Origin: Gemmatimonadota bacterium
Lineage (GTDB): Bacteria; Gemmatimonadota; Gemmatimonadetes; Gemmatimonadales; GWC2-71-9
DNA length: 47,282 nucleotides
Direction of reading: 5' to 3'
Assembly: GCA_034440415.1 (NCBI GenBank)
Contig: JAWXBX010000195.1
Coordinates: forward strand, 1 to 47,282
How positions within the stretch are numbered: the stretch's first letter is position 1; every line of letters begins with the position of its first letter. A program made the translations under genes and the position numbers. Below are positions 20,885 through 31,067 of the stretch, piece after piece. The notes below the pieces were generated by a model. The model saw only the letters and a program-made list of their open reading frames with translations, was not told where the DNA came from and did no database searches.

Positions 20885-20910
20885 GATTCCTCGCTGCGCT
20901 CGGAATGACA
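20885..20910. repeat. TGTC/CGTC-type REP-like palindrome
   Basis: GATTCCTCGCTGCGCTCGGAATGACA with ATTCC/GGAAT stem and terminal GACA. Confidence 0.55.
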
Positions 20911-21009
20911 GGCGCTCCCGACCGCCTACTCCCCACCGCCCCGCGCCCGCTCCACCGAACCATTCCTCCGCCCGCGTCGTTCTACCGTTGACCCGACCGG
21001 AGCCACCCC

Positions 21010-21639
21010 ATGTTCCTCAAGCCGTCCCTCGCCCTCGTCATCGCCCTTGCCGGCGGCACCGTCGCCCTGACCACGCTGAACATCGTGGCCCAGGATGGGG
21101 CCTCCGCCCTGCTCCGCCCCCGATCCCACATCCAGCGCAGCGATCCCGGCCTTGGCACCGGCCATGCCGCCCCCGCCTGGCGCAACACCAGCTGGCTCAA
21201 CACCCAGGATGGCAAGCCGCTCACGGTCGCCAGTCTCAAGGGCCGAGTCGTCCTGCTCAACTTCTGGACCTTCACCTGCTACAACTGCCGCGGCGCACTG
21301 CCCTCGATGGTGGCGTTCGACCAGCAGTACCGCAGTCAGGGCCTCACCGTCATCGGGATCCACAGCCCGGAGTTCCCGCCCTACGGTGGGGAGCACGACA
21401 GGAAAAATGTCGCCGACGCGCTGACCCGCCACGAGATCGGCTACGCCAACGCGCAGGACAACGACCACGCCACCTGGAATCTCTACAACATCCAGTACTG
21501 GCCGAGCTACGTACTCATCGATCGGACCGGGAAGATCCGCTGGGAAGGGTACGGCGAGTTCCACCTGGGCGACGGCAACCATCGCGACGTCGACAGCCGC
21601 ATCCGCACCCTGCTCGCGGAGACAGTTCCGGCGAGCTGA
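21010..21639 (+). CDS. TlpA/DipZ-like redoxin (thioredoxin fold), exported
   Basis: LKGRVVLLNFWTFTCYNC, VIGIHSPEF, YWPSYVLIDRTG; GGAG RBS. Confidence 0.92.
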   Translation: MFLKPSLALVIALAGGTVALTTLNIVAQDGASALLRPRSHIQRSDPGLGTGHAAPAWRNTSWLNTQDGKPLTVASLKGRVVLLNFWTFTCYNCRGALPSMVAFDQQYRSQGLTVIGIHSPEFPPYGGEHDRKNVADALTRHEIGYANAQDNDHATWNLYNIQYWPSYVLIDRTGKIRWEGYGEFHLGDGNHRDVDSRIRTLLAETVPAS

Positions 21640-21657
21640 CCCCGGAATTCGCCACCC

Positions 21658-22785
21658 ATGCTCGTCCTTCTGCTCCTGGCCATCGGCTTCCTGGCCTGGT
21701 CCAACGGCGCCAACGACAACTTCAAGGGTGTCGCCAGTCTGTTCGGCAGCGGCACGATGGGGTATTGGGCCGCGCTGGCGTGGGCAACGGTGACGACGTT
21801 CGCCGGCTCTATCGCCTCGGTCTTTCTCGCCGTAGAGCTGCTGAAGACCTTTTCCGGCAAGGGGCTCGTCCCCGACACGCTCGCTGTCTCCGGTGACTAC
21901 GTCCTCGCCGTGGCGCTCGGTGCCGGCCTCACGGTGATCCTCGCCACCCGGCTCGGCTTTCCCGTCTCGACCACGCATGCGCTTACCGGTGCCATGATCG
22001 GCGCCGGCTGGGCGGCCGTCGGACCGGCGGTGCAGCTCGGGGTTCTCGGCAAGCTCATCCTGCTGCCGCTGCTGCTGAGCCCGCTCCTCGCGATGGCGAT
22101 CGGATCGGGGATCTATCTTGCCACCCGCGCCGGGTGCCAGCAACTCGGGATCACCGGGGAGTGGTGCCTCTGCGTGGGAGCGGAACGGCTGCTGGTCCCG
22201 ATCAGCCCGTCCGCCGCGGCGCTCGCGGCGTCGCCCCCGGCCGGATCCACCCCGACGAGCATCACCACCGGTACCATCGGTGAGTGCACCCGGCGCTATG
22301 CCGGACAATTCCTCGGCGTAAGCGCGCAATCAGTGGTCGATGCCGCACACATCACCAGCGCCGGCATCGTCAGCTTCGCCCGCGGACTCAACGACACGCC
22401 CAAGATGGCGGCGCTGCTCCTCGTCCTCCCGGCGCTTTCGATCCCGGCGGGCATGCTCACCATTGCGCTGGCGATCATGGTTGGCGGCCTGCTCGGTGGG
22501 CGGCGGGTGGCGGAGACGATGAGCCACAAGCTCACCTCCCTCACCCCGGGTCAGGGACTCGCGGCCAATCTCGCCACCGGCATGCTGGTCCTCGCGGCCA
22601 GCCTGTTCGGTCTCCCGGTCTCCACCACGCACGTCTCGGTCGGCTCGATCGTCGGGGTCGGAGTCACCAACCGTTCCGCCAACCTCGCCGTCGTCCGCCA
22701 GGTGCTGCTCTCCTGGGTGGTGACGCTTCCCTGCGCCGCCCTGGCTGGTGGCGCGGGCTACTGGCTCGCCGGGCGACTCCAGTGA
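21658..22785 (+). CDS. Inorganic phosphate transporter (PiT) family protein
   Basis: GANDNFKG and GLNDTPK repeats; two PVSTTH motifs. Confidence 0.92.
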   Translation: MLVLLLLAIGFLAWSNGANDNFKGVASLFGSGTMGYWAALAWATVTTFAGSIASVFLAVELLKTFSGKGLVPDTLAVSGDYVLAVALGAGLTVILATRLGFPVSTTHALTGAMIGAGWAAVGPAVQLGVLGKLILLPLLLSPLLAMAIGSGIYLATRAGCQQLGITGEWCLCVGAERLLVPISPSAAALAASPPAGSTPTSITTGTIGECTRRYAGQFLGVSAQSVVDAAHITSAGIVSFARGLNDTPKMAALLLVLPALSIPAGMLTIALAIMVGGLLGGRRVAETMSHKLTSLTPGQGLAANLATGMLVLAASLFGLPVSTTHVSVGSIVGVGVTNRSANLAVVRQVLLSWVVTLPCAALAGGAGYWLAGRLQ

Positions 22786-22844
22786 TTCCGGAGCGGAGCG
22801 GACGGGGTACATTCCTCCAGTCCCCTGTCGCTGGAGTGGTGTCG

Positions 22845-23240
22845 ATGAGCGTGAGTCCCACCTTCAAGACCTTCGTGCTGGAACAGCTCGGCCGCGTGGC
22901 TGGCGATGTCCGCGCCCGCAGCATGTTCGGCGGGGTCGGCATCTATTCCGGCCAGCTCTTCTTTGCGCTGATCGACGATGACATCCTCTATCTCAAGGTG
23001 GACGACACCAACCGTCCCGACTTCGAGGCTCGCGGGCTCGGACCGTTCCAGCCCTTCGGCGACGGCGGCGAAGTGATGCAGTACTACGCGCTCTCGGCCG
23101 ACCTGCTGGAGGACGCCGAGTCGCTGGAGGAGTGGGTGGAAAAGGCGATCGCGGTGGCGCAGCGCAAGAAGAGCCGGAAGCCGTCGCCAAAGCGGAGCGC
23201 GGCACCCGCCGAGGCACCGAAGAAGAAGCCCCGCGCGTGA
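22845..23240 (+). CDS. TfoX/Sxy N-terminal domain protein
   Basis: ATG 22845 after GGAG; RSMFGGVGIY, FALIDDDILYLKVD, MQYY. Confidence 0.9.
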   Translation: MSVSPTFKTFVLEQLGRVAGDVRARSMFGGVGIYSGQLFFALIDDDILYLKVDDTNRPDFEARGLGPFQPFGDGGEVMQYYALSADLLEDAESLEEWVEKAIAVAQRKKSRKPSPKRSAAPAEAPKKKPRA

Positions 23241-23593
23241 ACCGCTCGATCTGGCTGCCTTTTCTTGCCCTGCTCTCCCTGGCCTGCGCGACCGGCGCAC
23301 CAGCCAAACGGGTGCTGGTGCGGGCGGAGCAGGTCGCCGAGGGAGATTCCATCAGGTTGCGACTGGTGCCGGTGGCGGGGGCGCGAATCAACGCGCAGCT
23401 GCTCCCGGCATTCACCCGGCGGGATGGTGTGCTGTTCCGGCTCGACTCTCCCGATCGGGATGCCGACGGGAGCTATTTCACCTCACCGCCCTCGGTGCTG
23501 CTGGATGCGCCGGCGCGGGGCACGATTCTGTCCAGCGTCTGCCCGGACAAGGAAGCAGTGTGTCTGCCGGTGGAGGTGAGGGTTGGGGATTAG
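23237..23593 (+). CDS. Hypothetical lipoprotein with C-terminal Cys pair
   Basis: GTGA overlap with TfoX; SLAC lipobox-like; VCPDKEAVCLP. Confidence 0.7.
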   Translation: MNRSIWLPFLALLSLACATGAPAKRVLVRAEQVAEGDSIRLRLVPVAGARINAQLLPAFTRRDGVLFRLDSPDRDADGSYFTSPPSVLLDAPARGTILSSVCPDKEAVCLPVEVRVGD

Positions 23594-23627
23594 GCGGTGG
23601 GGCGGTGGGGCGCGGATGCGGGCGGTA

Positions 23628-23655
23628 GTAGGGGCCGCATGCATGCGGCCCCTAC
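23628..23655. repeat. GTAG-type REP-like palindrome at the symmetry axis
   Basis: GTAGGGGCCGCATGCATGCGGCCCCTAC centred on 23641/23642. Confidence 0.7.
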
Positions 23656-23689
23656 TACCGCCCGCATCCGCGCCCCACCGCCCCACCGC

Positions 23690-24046
23690 CTAATCCCCAA
23701 CCCTCACCTCCACCGGCAGACACACTGCTTCCTTGTCCGGGCAGACGCTGGACAGAATCGTGCCCCGCGCCGGCGCATCCAGCAGCACCGAGGGCGGTGA
23801 GGTGAAATAGCTCCCGTCGGCATCCCGATCGGGAGAGTCGAGCCGGAACAGCACACCATCCCGCCGGGTGAATGCCGGGAGCAGCTGCGCGTTGATTCGC
23901 GCCCCCGCCACCGGCACCAGTCGCAACCTGATGGAATCTCCCTCGGCGACCTGCTCCGCCCGCACCAGCACCCGTTTGGCTGGTGCGCCGGTCGCGCAGG
24001 CCAGGGAGAGCAGGGCAAGAAAAGGCAGCCAGATCGAGCGGTTCAC
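23690..24046 (-). CDS. Hypothetical lipoprotein (mirror copy)
   Basis: Mirror of 23237-23593. Confidence 0.6.
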   Translation of the reverse strand: MNRSIWLPFLALLSLACATGAPAKRVLVRAEQVAEGDSIRLRLVPVAGARINAQLLPAFTRRDGVLFRLDSPDRDADGSYFTSPPSVLLDAPARGTILSSVCPDKEAVCLPVEVRVGD

Positions 24047-24438
24047 GCGCGGGGCTTCTTCTTCGGTGCCTCGGCGGGTGCCGCGCTCCGCTTTGGCGAC
24101 GGCTTCCGGCTCTTCTTGCGCTGCGCCACCGCGATCGCCTTTTCCACCCACTCCTCCAGCGACTCGGCGTCCTCCAGCAGGTCGGCCGAGAGCGCGTAGT
24201 ACTGCATCACTTCGCCGCCGTCGCCGAAGGGCTGGAACGGTCCGAGCCCGCGAGCCTCGAAGTCGGGACGGTTGGTGTCGTCCACCTTGAGATAGAGGAT
24301 GTCATCGTCGATCAGCGCAAAGAAGAGCTGGCCGGAATAGATGCCGACCCCGCCGAACATGCTGCGGGCGCGGACATCGCCAGCCACGCGGCCGAGCTGT
24401 TCCAGCACGAAGGTCTTGAAGGTGGGACTCACGCTCAT
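24043..24438 (-). CDS. TfoX/Sxy domain protein (mirror copy)
   Basis: Mirror of 22845-23240. Confidence 0.8.
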   Translation of the reverse strand: MSVSPTFKTFVLEQLGRVAGDVRARSMFGGVGIYSGQLFFALIDDDILYLKVDDTNRPDFEARGLGPFQPFGDGGEVMQYYALSADLLEDAESLEEWVEKAIAVAQRKKSRKPSPKRSAAPAEAPKKKPRA

Positions 24439-24497
24439 CGACACCACTCCAGCGACAGGGGACTGGAGGAATGTACCCCGTCCGCTCCGCTCCGGAA

Positions 24498-25625
24498 TCA
24501 CTGGAGTCGCCCGGCGAGCCAGTAGCCCGCGCCACCAGCCAGGGCGGCGCAGGGAAGCGTCACCACCCAGGAGAGCAGCACCTGGCGGACGACGGCGAGG
24601 TTGGCGGAACGGTTGGTGACTCCGACCCCGACGATCGAGCCGACCGAGACGTGCGTGGTGGAGACCGGGAGACCGAACAGGCTGGCCGCGAGGACCAGCA
24701 TGCCGGTGGCGAGATTGGCCGCGAGTCCCTGACCCGGGGTGAGGGAGGTGAGCTTGTGGCTCATCGTCTCCGCCACCCGCCGCCCACCGAGCAGGCCGCC
24801 AACCATGATCGCCAGCGCAATGGTGAGCATGCCCGCCGGGATCGAAAGCGCCGGGAGGACGAGGAGCAGCGCCGCCATCTTGGGCGTGTCGTTGAGTCCG
24901 CGGGCGAAGCTGACGATGCCGGCGCTGGTGATGTGTGCGGCATCGACCACTGATTGCGCGCTTACGCCGAGGAATTGTCCGGCATAGCGCCGGGTGCACT
25001 CACCGATGGTACCGGTGGTGATGCTCGTCGGGGTGGATCCGGCCGGGGGCGACGCCGCGAGCGCCGCGGCGGACGGGCTGATCGGGACCAGCAGCCGTTC
25101 CGCTCCCACGCAGAGGCACCACTCCCCGGTGATCCCGAGTTGCTGGCACCCGGCGCGGGTGGCAAGATAGATCCCCGATCCGATCGCCATCGCGAGGAGC
25201 GGGCTCAGCAGCAGCGGCAGCAGGATGAGCTTGCCGAGAACCCCGAGCTGCACCGCCGGTCCGACGGCCGCCCAGCCGGCGCCGATCATGGCACCGGTAA
25301 GCGCATGCGTGGTCGAGACGGGAAAGCCGAGCCGGGTGGCGAGGATCACCGTGAGGCCGGCACCGAGCGCCACGGCGAGGACGTAGTCACCGGAGACAGC
25401 GAGCGTGTCGGGGACGAGCCCCTTGCCGGAAAAGGTCTTCAGCAGCTCTACGGCGAGAAAGACCGAGGCGATAGAGCCGGCGAACGTCGTCACCGTTGCC
25501 CACGCCAGCGCGGCCCAATACCCCATCGTGCCGCTGCCGAACAGACTGGCGACACCCTTGAAGTTGTCGTTGGCGCCGTTGGACCAGGCCAGGAAGCCGA
25601 TGGCCAGGAGCAGAAGGACGAGCAT
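24498..25625 (-). CDS. PiT phosphate transporter (mirror copy)
   Basis: Mirror of 21658-22785. Confidence 0.85.
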   Translation of the reverse strand: MLVLLLLAIGFLAWSNGANDNFKGVASLFGSGTMGYWAALAWATVTTFAGSIASVFLAVELLKTFSGKGLVPDTLAVSGDYVLAVALGAGLTVILATRLGFPVSTTHALTGAMIGAGWAAVGPAVQLGVLGKLILLPLLLSPLLAMAIGSGIYLATRAGCQQLGITGEWCLCVGAERLLVPISPSAAALAASPPAGSTPTSITTGTIGECTRRYAGQFLGVSAQSVVDAAHITSAGIVSFARGLNDTPKMAALLLVLPALSIPAGMLTIALAIMVGGLLGGRRVAETMSHKLTSLTPGQGLAANLATGMLVLAASLFGLPVSTTHVSVGSIVGVGVTNRSANLAVVRQVLLSWVVTLPCAALAGGAGYWLAGRLQ

Positions 25626-25643
25626 GGGTGGCGAATTCCGGGG

Positions 25644-26273
25644 TCAGCTCGCCGGAACTGTCTCCGCGAGCAGGGTGCGGATGCGGCTGTCGACGTCGCG
25701 ATGGTTGCCGTCGCCCAGGTGGAACTCGCCGTACCCTTCCCAGCGGATCTTCCCGGTCCGATCGATGAGTACGTAGCTCGGCCAGTACTGGATGTTGTAG
25801 AGATTCCAGGTGGCGTGGTCGTTGTCCTGCGCGTTGGCGTAGCCGATCTCGTGGCGGGTCAGCGCGTCGGCGACATTTTTCCTGTCGTGCTCCCCACCGT
25901 AGGGCGGGAACTCCGGGCTGTGGATCCCGATGACGGTGAGGCCCTGACTGCGGTACTGCTGGTCGAACGCCACCATCGAGGGCAGTGCGCCGCGGCAGTT
26001 GTAGCAGGTGAAGGTCCAGAAGTTGAGCAGGACGACTCGGCCCTTGAGACTGGCGACCGTGAGCGGCTTGCCATCCTGGGTGTTGAGCCAGCTGGTGTTG
26101 CGCCAGGCGGGGGCGGCATGGCCGGTGCCAAGGCCGGGATCGCTGCGCTGGATGTGGGATCGGGGGCGGAGCAGGGCGGAGGCCCCATCCTGGGCCACGA
26201 TGTTCAGCGTGGTCAGGGCGACGGTGCCGCCGGCAAGGGCGATGACGAGGGCGAGGGACGGCTTGAGGAACAT
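25644..26273 (-). CDS. TlpA-like redoxin (mirror copy)
   Basis: Mirror of 21010-21639. Confidence 0.85.
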   Translation of the reverse strand: MFLKPSLALVIALAGGTVALTTLNIVAQDGASALLRPRSHIQRSDPGLGTGHAAPAWRNTSWLNTQDGKPLTVASLKGRVVLLNFWTFTCYNCRGALPSMVAFDQQYRSQGLTVIGIHSPEFPPYGGEHDRKNVADALTRHEIGYANAQDNDHATWNLYNIQYWPSYVLIDRTGKIRWEGYGEFHLGDGNHRDVDSRIRTLLAETVPAS

Positions 26274-26481
26274 GGGGTGGCTCCGGTCGGGTCAACGGTA
26301 GAACGACGCGGGCGGAGGAATGGTTCGGTGGAGCGGGCGCGGGGCGGTGGGGAGTAGGCGGTCGGGAGCGCCTGTCATTCCGAGCGCAGCGAGGAATCCC
26401 TGCAGGCCGGAGCCGGGCGGCTGACAGCTGACCGCCGGTTTCCCCGCACGCCGGTCCCGGCTTATATTCCGCCCCCTTCCC

Positions 26482-26554
<73 letters not shown>

Positions 26555-26701
26555 CTCTGTTGTGCGGAACCCTCCTGCATGGGGAGGGTTTTCTGTCTCC
26601 AGGAGTGCGCCCTCGCCGGCCAGTGGCCCGGGCCAATTCCCTCCCCAGCCACTGTGTACCGGAGAACACTCCCTGGCTGGGAGGGTCACGCCTGGTTGAG
26701 T

Positions 26702-27425
26702 TCAGCCTGGCCTGGACAAGCGGACGGACATGCGACCAATCGCCTCAAGCCGGCCGCGAACTCGACCCACCAGTGTTGGGTCGAAGCGGGCGTCTGGCAG
26801 CGCGCCTTCGATCGCGTCGGCCCCATCGGGGTGAGTGAGGAAAGCACGCGTTCGTTTGGCCAGAAAATCGATCAGACGCACCGACGACCGTTCGATTTCG
26901 TCCAGGATTTCCTCGCGGCCCGCCACGACCGTGATGATATCTTCGATGTCGTGGCTGCCGACGTGGTCACCACGACCACGGCCATCGAATGCCGCCCATT
27001 TTGTGGCCAGGTATGCTGGGGCAGCCGCGATCCGAATCGAGAGATCCGTCGTCAGCGGGTATCGCGTCGCGGTGTCCAGCACCTCTTGATACCATGGGTT
27101 CGAGAATCCCAGAAATCTCCTCACTGATCGGCATCACGTCTAGCACGAGCTCGCCCGCTGCCTGCCATCGGCAGAGTGGGGCCCCAGGTCGTACGTCTTC
27201 CCGGAATCCCAGGCCACGCAACCTCTCTCCTACCGCATTGTACGCCGTGCGGGTCGTGGCCGCGACCACGACATCCACATCATCCGTCGGTCGGACTCGG
27301 GTTGCCGCCGGGTCCGTCACGAGCAGTTCGGCCACCTGTCCACCGACGATCACAACCTCCTCAAGCAGTGAGCCCAGCTGGCGGACCACCCTTTCCAGCT
27401 GACCGCGATTGGGACCGTTACTCAC
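26702..27425 (-). pseudogene. AbiEii-like nucleotidyltransferase, frameshifted (mirror copy)
   Basis: Mirror of 19858-20581, same frameshift. Confidence 0.7.
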
Positions 27426-27949
27426 GCCGGTCGTTCCGGATTCGCCCTGATGAGACGCTCGCCGATCAACTCCCGCGCCCGCTCGCGCTCCCGCGCCTGC
27501 CCTACTCGGACGGCGTCGACGAGGGTCAGCAGCGTATAGAGATCGTCACGCCTGACCCCAACTTTCGTGGCCTTTGGGTAGAGCGGGGTCAGGCTTTGAC
27601 CGCGGGCGTGGCCCTCCGAACTCGGCCAGACGTATCGCTGTGCCTTCGGAAACTCCATGGCCAGACTCGGGCCGGAGGTCGCGGTTGGGACGCCTCGGGT
27701 CTCCGCACCCACCGACGCCGGAAATGCGCGCGGGATTCCTGATGCGATGAAATCCAGGAGCGCCGAGGGTACTACTCGGCGCCGCTCCTGGCTCAGCAAT
27801 CCTGCCTGGGTCAGTCGTTTCACCGCGCCATGTGCCTCACTCAGGCTCACGCCGACCGCGTCGGCCAGTGGCACGAAACCCTCCTCGGGCCGTAACGCCA
27901 GCTCCAGGGCAACGGCGACGTCGTGGGGTCGAAGGACGACTTGCCTCAT
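27422..27949 (-). CDS. HTH/AbiEi-like protein (mirror copy)
   Basis: Mirror of 19334-19861. Confidence 0.65.
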   Translation of the reverse strand: MRQVVLRPHDVAVALELALRPEEGFVPLADAVGVSLSEAHGAVKRLTQAGLLSQERRRVVPSALLDFIASGIPRAFPASVGAETRGVPTATSGPSLAMEFPKAQRYVWPSSEGHARGQSLTPLYPKATKVGVRRDDLYTLLTLVDAVRVGQARERERARELIGERLIRANPERPA

Positions 27950-28417
27950 ATCTCCATGTCCGATAAGGTGTTTCGCGTTTCGCGAAAAGCGAAAATACCT
28001 GCCGATCCGCCGATTTGCAAGCCGTCCTGTGGGATTCAGGACCGGCACTCCACAGCGCTGAAGCGGGAGGCGAAACCTCTCACCGTCGGGCGCTGCCGCC
28101 CCATGCGGGAGAGCTGATGGAGATCATCGACGGCGCGAGCACCCACGGCGGCAGGAACAGGGGCATCAGCAGCATCTACCGCACGCCGAGCGTCATCGCC
28201 ACCAGGATCATCATCATCATCATCAGCAACCGCACGCTGAGCATCCTCAATATCCAGAGCTACTTGAGGCGCTCTACCGTGTGGCACCGCATGGCCAGGC
28301 GGCATCGACGTCATGACAAGAGTACGCGGCCGGATTAGCTTGACGCCCTGTTCTGCGACGCTGCGCCTGGCGACTGCCTGGCGCAAATAAGCTCCCTGCC
28401 CTCACCACCGCGGTCCC

Positions 28418-28810
28418 ATGTCCCTCGCTGTGATCGTCTCGCCCGAGTCCGCCCCGGTGGTCGTCCGCAACGATGCCATCAAGGGACGTGGGCTCTTCGC
28501 CGCCCGGGCCATCGCGGAGGACGAAGTGATCGAGATGGCTCCCGTCGCCATCATCGACGCCGCGCAGGCCTCGCTGCTCGAAGAGACGCCGCTCGGCCAT
28601 CACTACTTCCACTGGGATGGGGACGAGGACTGGCGGGGTGCCGTGGCATTCGGGCTGGTGAGCCTGGTGAATCACGCCGAAACCGCCAACGCCGGCGTCT
28701 GGCCCGACTACGAACGCCAGTGCATGATCCTCGCGGCGCTCCGTCCGATCGCCGAGGGCGAGGAGATCACGATTCATTACGACATCGATCTCTGGTTCGA
28801 CGCGCACTGA
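28418..28810 (+). CDS. SET domain protein (mirror copy)
   Basis: Mirror of 18473-18865. Confidence 0.85.
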   Translation: MSLAVIVSPESAPVVVRNDAIKGRGLFAARAIAEDEVIEMAPVAIIDAAQASLLEETPLGHHYFHWDGDEDWRGAVAFGLVSLVNHAETANAGVWPDYERQCMILAALRPIAEGEEITIHYDIDLWFDAH

Positions 28811-28856
28811 GGCGTCGCATCGCTTTTCCGCGCCTCATCCCGCACCCCGGCTGGCG

Positions 28857-29762
28857 ATGACGCACTCTCCTGGGTCCGACCCCGAAAAGCTCGCCGCCGC
28901 CCTCGAAGCCACCGGCGACTATCGGGTGCTGCGCCGGCTCCAGCCGGTCCGTTCCTACCACGCCGCCGACGGCACCCCCACCAAGACCGCCGTTGCGCTC
29001 GATGTCGAGACCACTGGGCTCGAGTCTGGGCGCGACGCAATCATCCAGCTTGCGCTCGTACCCTTCGAGTTTGCCCCCGAATCCGGCGCCATCTATGGCG
29101 TGGGCACTCCGCTCACCTTCCTCGAGGATCCTGGCCGGCCGATTCCCGCCGAGGTGGTCGCCCTCACCGGCATCACCGATGCCGATGTGAAAGGGAAGCG
29201 GATCGATGACGCCGCGGTGGAGCGCTTCGTCGGGCCTGCCGCGCTGATCATCGCGCATAACGCGCGGTTCGACCGGGGCTTCATGGAGCGGCGCATGCCG
29301 CTGTTCAAGGAGAAGCACTGGGCCTGCTCGCAGCAGGACGTGCCGTGGCGCGGGGCGGGGAGCCGCTCGGGGGCGCTCGAATTCCTGCTGATGAAGCAGT
29401 GCGGGATGTTCTACGGCGCGCATCAGGCGGATCACGACTGCGTGGCGCTGATCCACCTGCTGGCAACACCGCTGGAGGGGGGCGCGCTCCCGATGCAGCA
29501 GCTGCTCGTTTCCGCGCGGCAGAAGTCGGTGCGGATCTGGGCGGAGCAGGCATCGTTTGCCTATAAGGATGCTCTCAGGAATCGTCGCTACAAGTGGAAC
29601 GACGGCAAGGACGGCCGCCCGAAGGCGTGGTATTGTGAGCTGCGAATGGCAGGGCAGGCGGCCGAACTCGAGTGGCTCGCCGAAAATGTTTATGGCGGGA
29701 GCATCCCGCAGCTACGGATTGACGAGTTTGATGCGAAGAGCCGCTACAGCGACCGGGGGTAG
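28857..29762 (+). CDS. DEDDh 3'-5' exonuclease (mirror copy)
   Basis: Mirror of 17521-18426. Confidence 0.85.
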   Translation: MTHSPGSDPEKLAAALEATGDYRVLRRLQPVRSYHAADGTPTKTAVALDVETTGLESGRDAIIQLALVPFEFAPESGAIYGVGTPLTFLEDPGRPIPAEVVALTGITDADVKGKRIDDAAVERFVGPAALIIAHNARFDRGFMERRMPLFKEKHWACSQQDVPWRGAGSRSGALEFLLMKQCGMFYGAHQADHDCVALIHLLATPLEGGALPMQQLLVSARQKSVRIWAEQASFAYKDALRNRRYKWNDGKDGRPKAWYCELRMAGQAAELEWLAENVYGGSIPQLRIDEFDAKSRYSDRG

Positions 29763-29992
29763 TCCAGCGTCTCCCGCCGTTACCGCTCAGTGTAGGTAGG
29801 GATCGGGTCCACCTCCCCATGACTCCGCGATCACCTCCCGGCTTCTGGTGAAGTCCCCGCTCCCAGCGACCCCGGGCGGGCCCCATCTCCGGGGCGTCGG
29901 GCGACTCGATCTGAAACGCGTAACCTCTTCCGGCTGAGGCCCGTACAGACCCGGTTGCTTGCCATTACCGCCCCATCCCTCTCGGAGGTTGC

Positions 29993-31054
29993 ATGTTGCA
30001 TTCTCGTGCGCTGAACGGCGCGCTTGCCCTGCTGCTGGCGCTCCTGCCCGCCGTCCCAGTCGTCCTTCATGCCCAGGCGGGGGCACCGGTCCTCGTCACC
30101 CCGAAGGAAAGCCCGCGTGCGACGGTGTCGCAGACGGTCGGGCTGAGCACCATCAGCCTGTCGTATGACCGGCCGGCGGTGAAGGGGAGAAAGATCTGGG
30201 GCGGCCTGGTCCCGATGGACAGCGTCTGGCGCGCCGGTGCCAACGAGAACACCGTGCTTGCGGTGACTTCGCCGTTCCGGATCGGCACCACCCGGCTCCC
30301 GGCCGGGCGCTATGGTCTGCACATGATCCCCACCAGCTCGACCTGGACCCTGATCCTGAGCCGGGAGTCGAACGCCTGGGGCAGCTTTTCCTACAGGCCA
30401 TCCGAGGACGCGGCGCGAGTCACCGTGCCGACCCGGCCGGCCGACTACATCGATCGGCTGCAGTACACCATGGATGAAATGTCCGACACCTCGGTGACGC
30501 TGGCGCTGCACTGGGAGAAGCTGGCGGTCATTATTCCCATCACCGTCGCGACCAACGACGTCGTCATCGATAGCATCCAGCAGCAGATTCGCGGGCTGCC
30601 GCGCTTCTGGCCCCAGATCTGGGCCGAAGCGGGGCGGTGGGCCCTGATGCATAACACACGGCTTGACCTGGCGGCAGCGTGGGCCGACAGTGCGGTGCAG
30701 ATCGCACCCACCTTTGCCAACCTGCGGCTCCAGTCGAACATCATGGCGCGGCAGGGTAATACCGCTGGCGCAGCGGCGCTGCGGGAGCGAGCGATGGCGG
30801 TTGCCACGGAGGCGGATGTGAATGCGGTGGGCTACCAGCTGCTGGGGGAGGGCAAGAAGGACGAAGCGATCGCGCTGTTCCGCAAGAACGTGCGTGACTA
30901 CCCCAAGTCATGGAATGTGTACGACAGCCTCGGGGAAGCGCTTGCGGCGCAGGGCAACAAGAAGGAAGCGCTGACCCTGTACCAGAAGGCGCTGGAGCTC
31001 GCGCCCGAGGCGCAGAAGGGGCGGATCCGCGGAGTCGTCGCGGGGCTCAAGTAG
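29993..31054 (+). CDS. DUF2911-TPR protein (mirror copy)
   Basis: Mirror of 16229-17290. Confidence 0.85.
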   Translation: MLHSRALNGALALLLALLPAVPVVLHAQAGAPVLVTPKESPRATVSQTVGLSTISLSYDRPAVKGRKIWGGLVPMDSVWRAGANENTVLAVTSPFRIGTTRLPAGRYGLHMIPTSSTWTLILSRESNAWGSFSYRPSEDAARVTVPTRPADYIDRLQYTMDEMSDTSVTLALHWEKLAVIIPITVATNDVVIDSIQQQIRGLPRFWPQIWAEAGRWALMHNTRLDLAAAWADSAVQIAPTFANLRLQSNIMARQGNTAGAAALRERAMAVATEADVNAVGYQLLGEGKKDEAIALFRKNVRDYPKSWNVYDSLGEALAAQGNKKEALTLYQKALELAPEAQKGRIRGVVAGLK

Positions 31055-31067
31055 CAGGGAGACCCGC

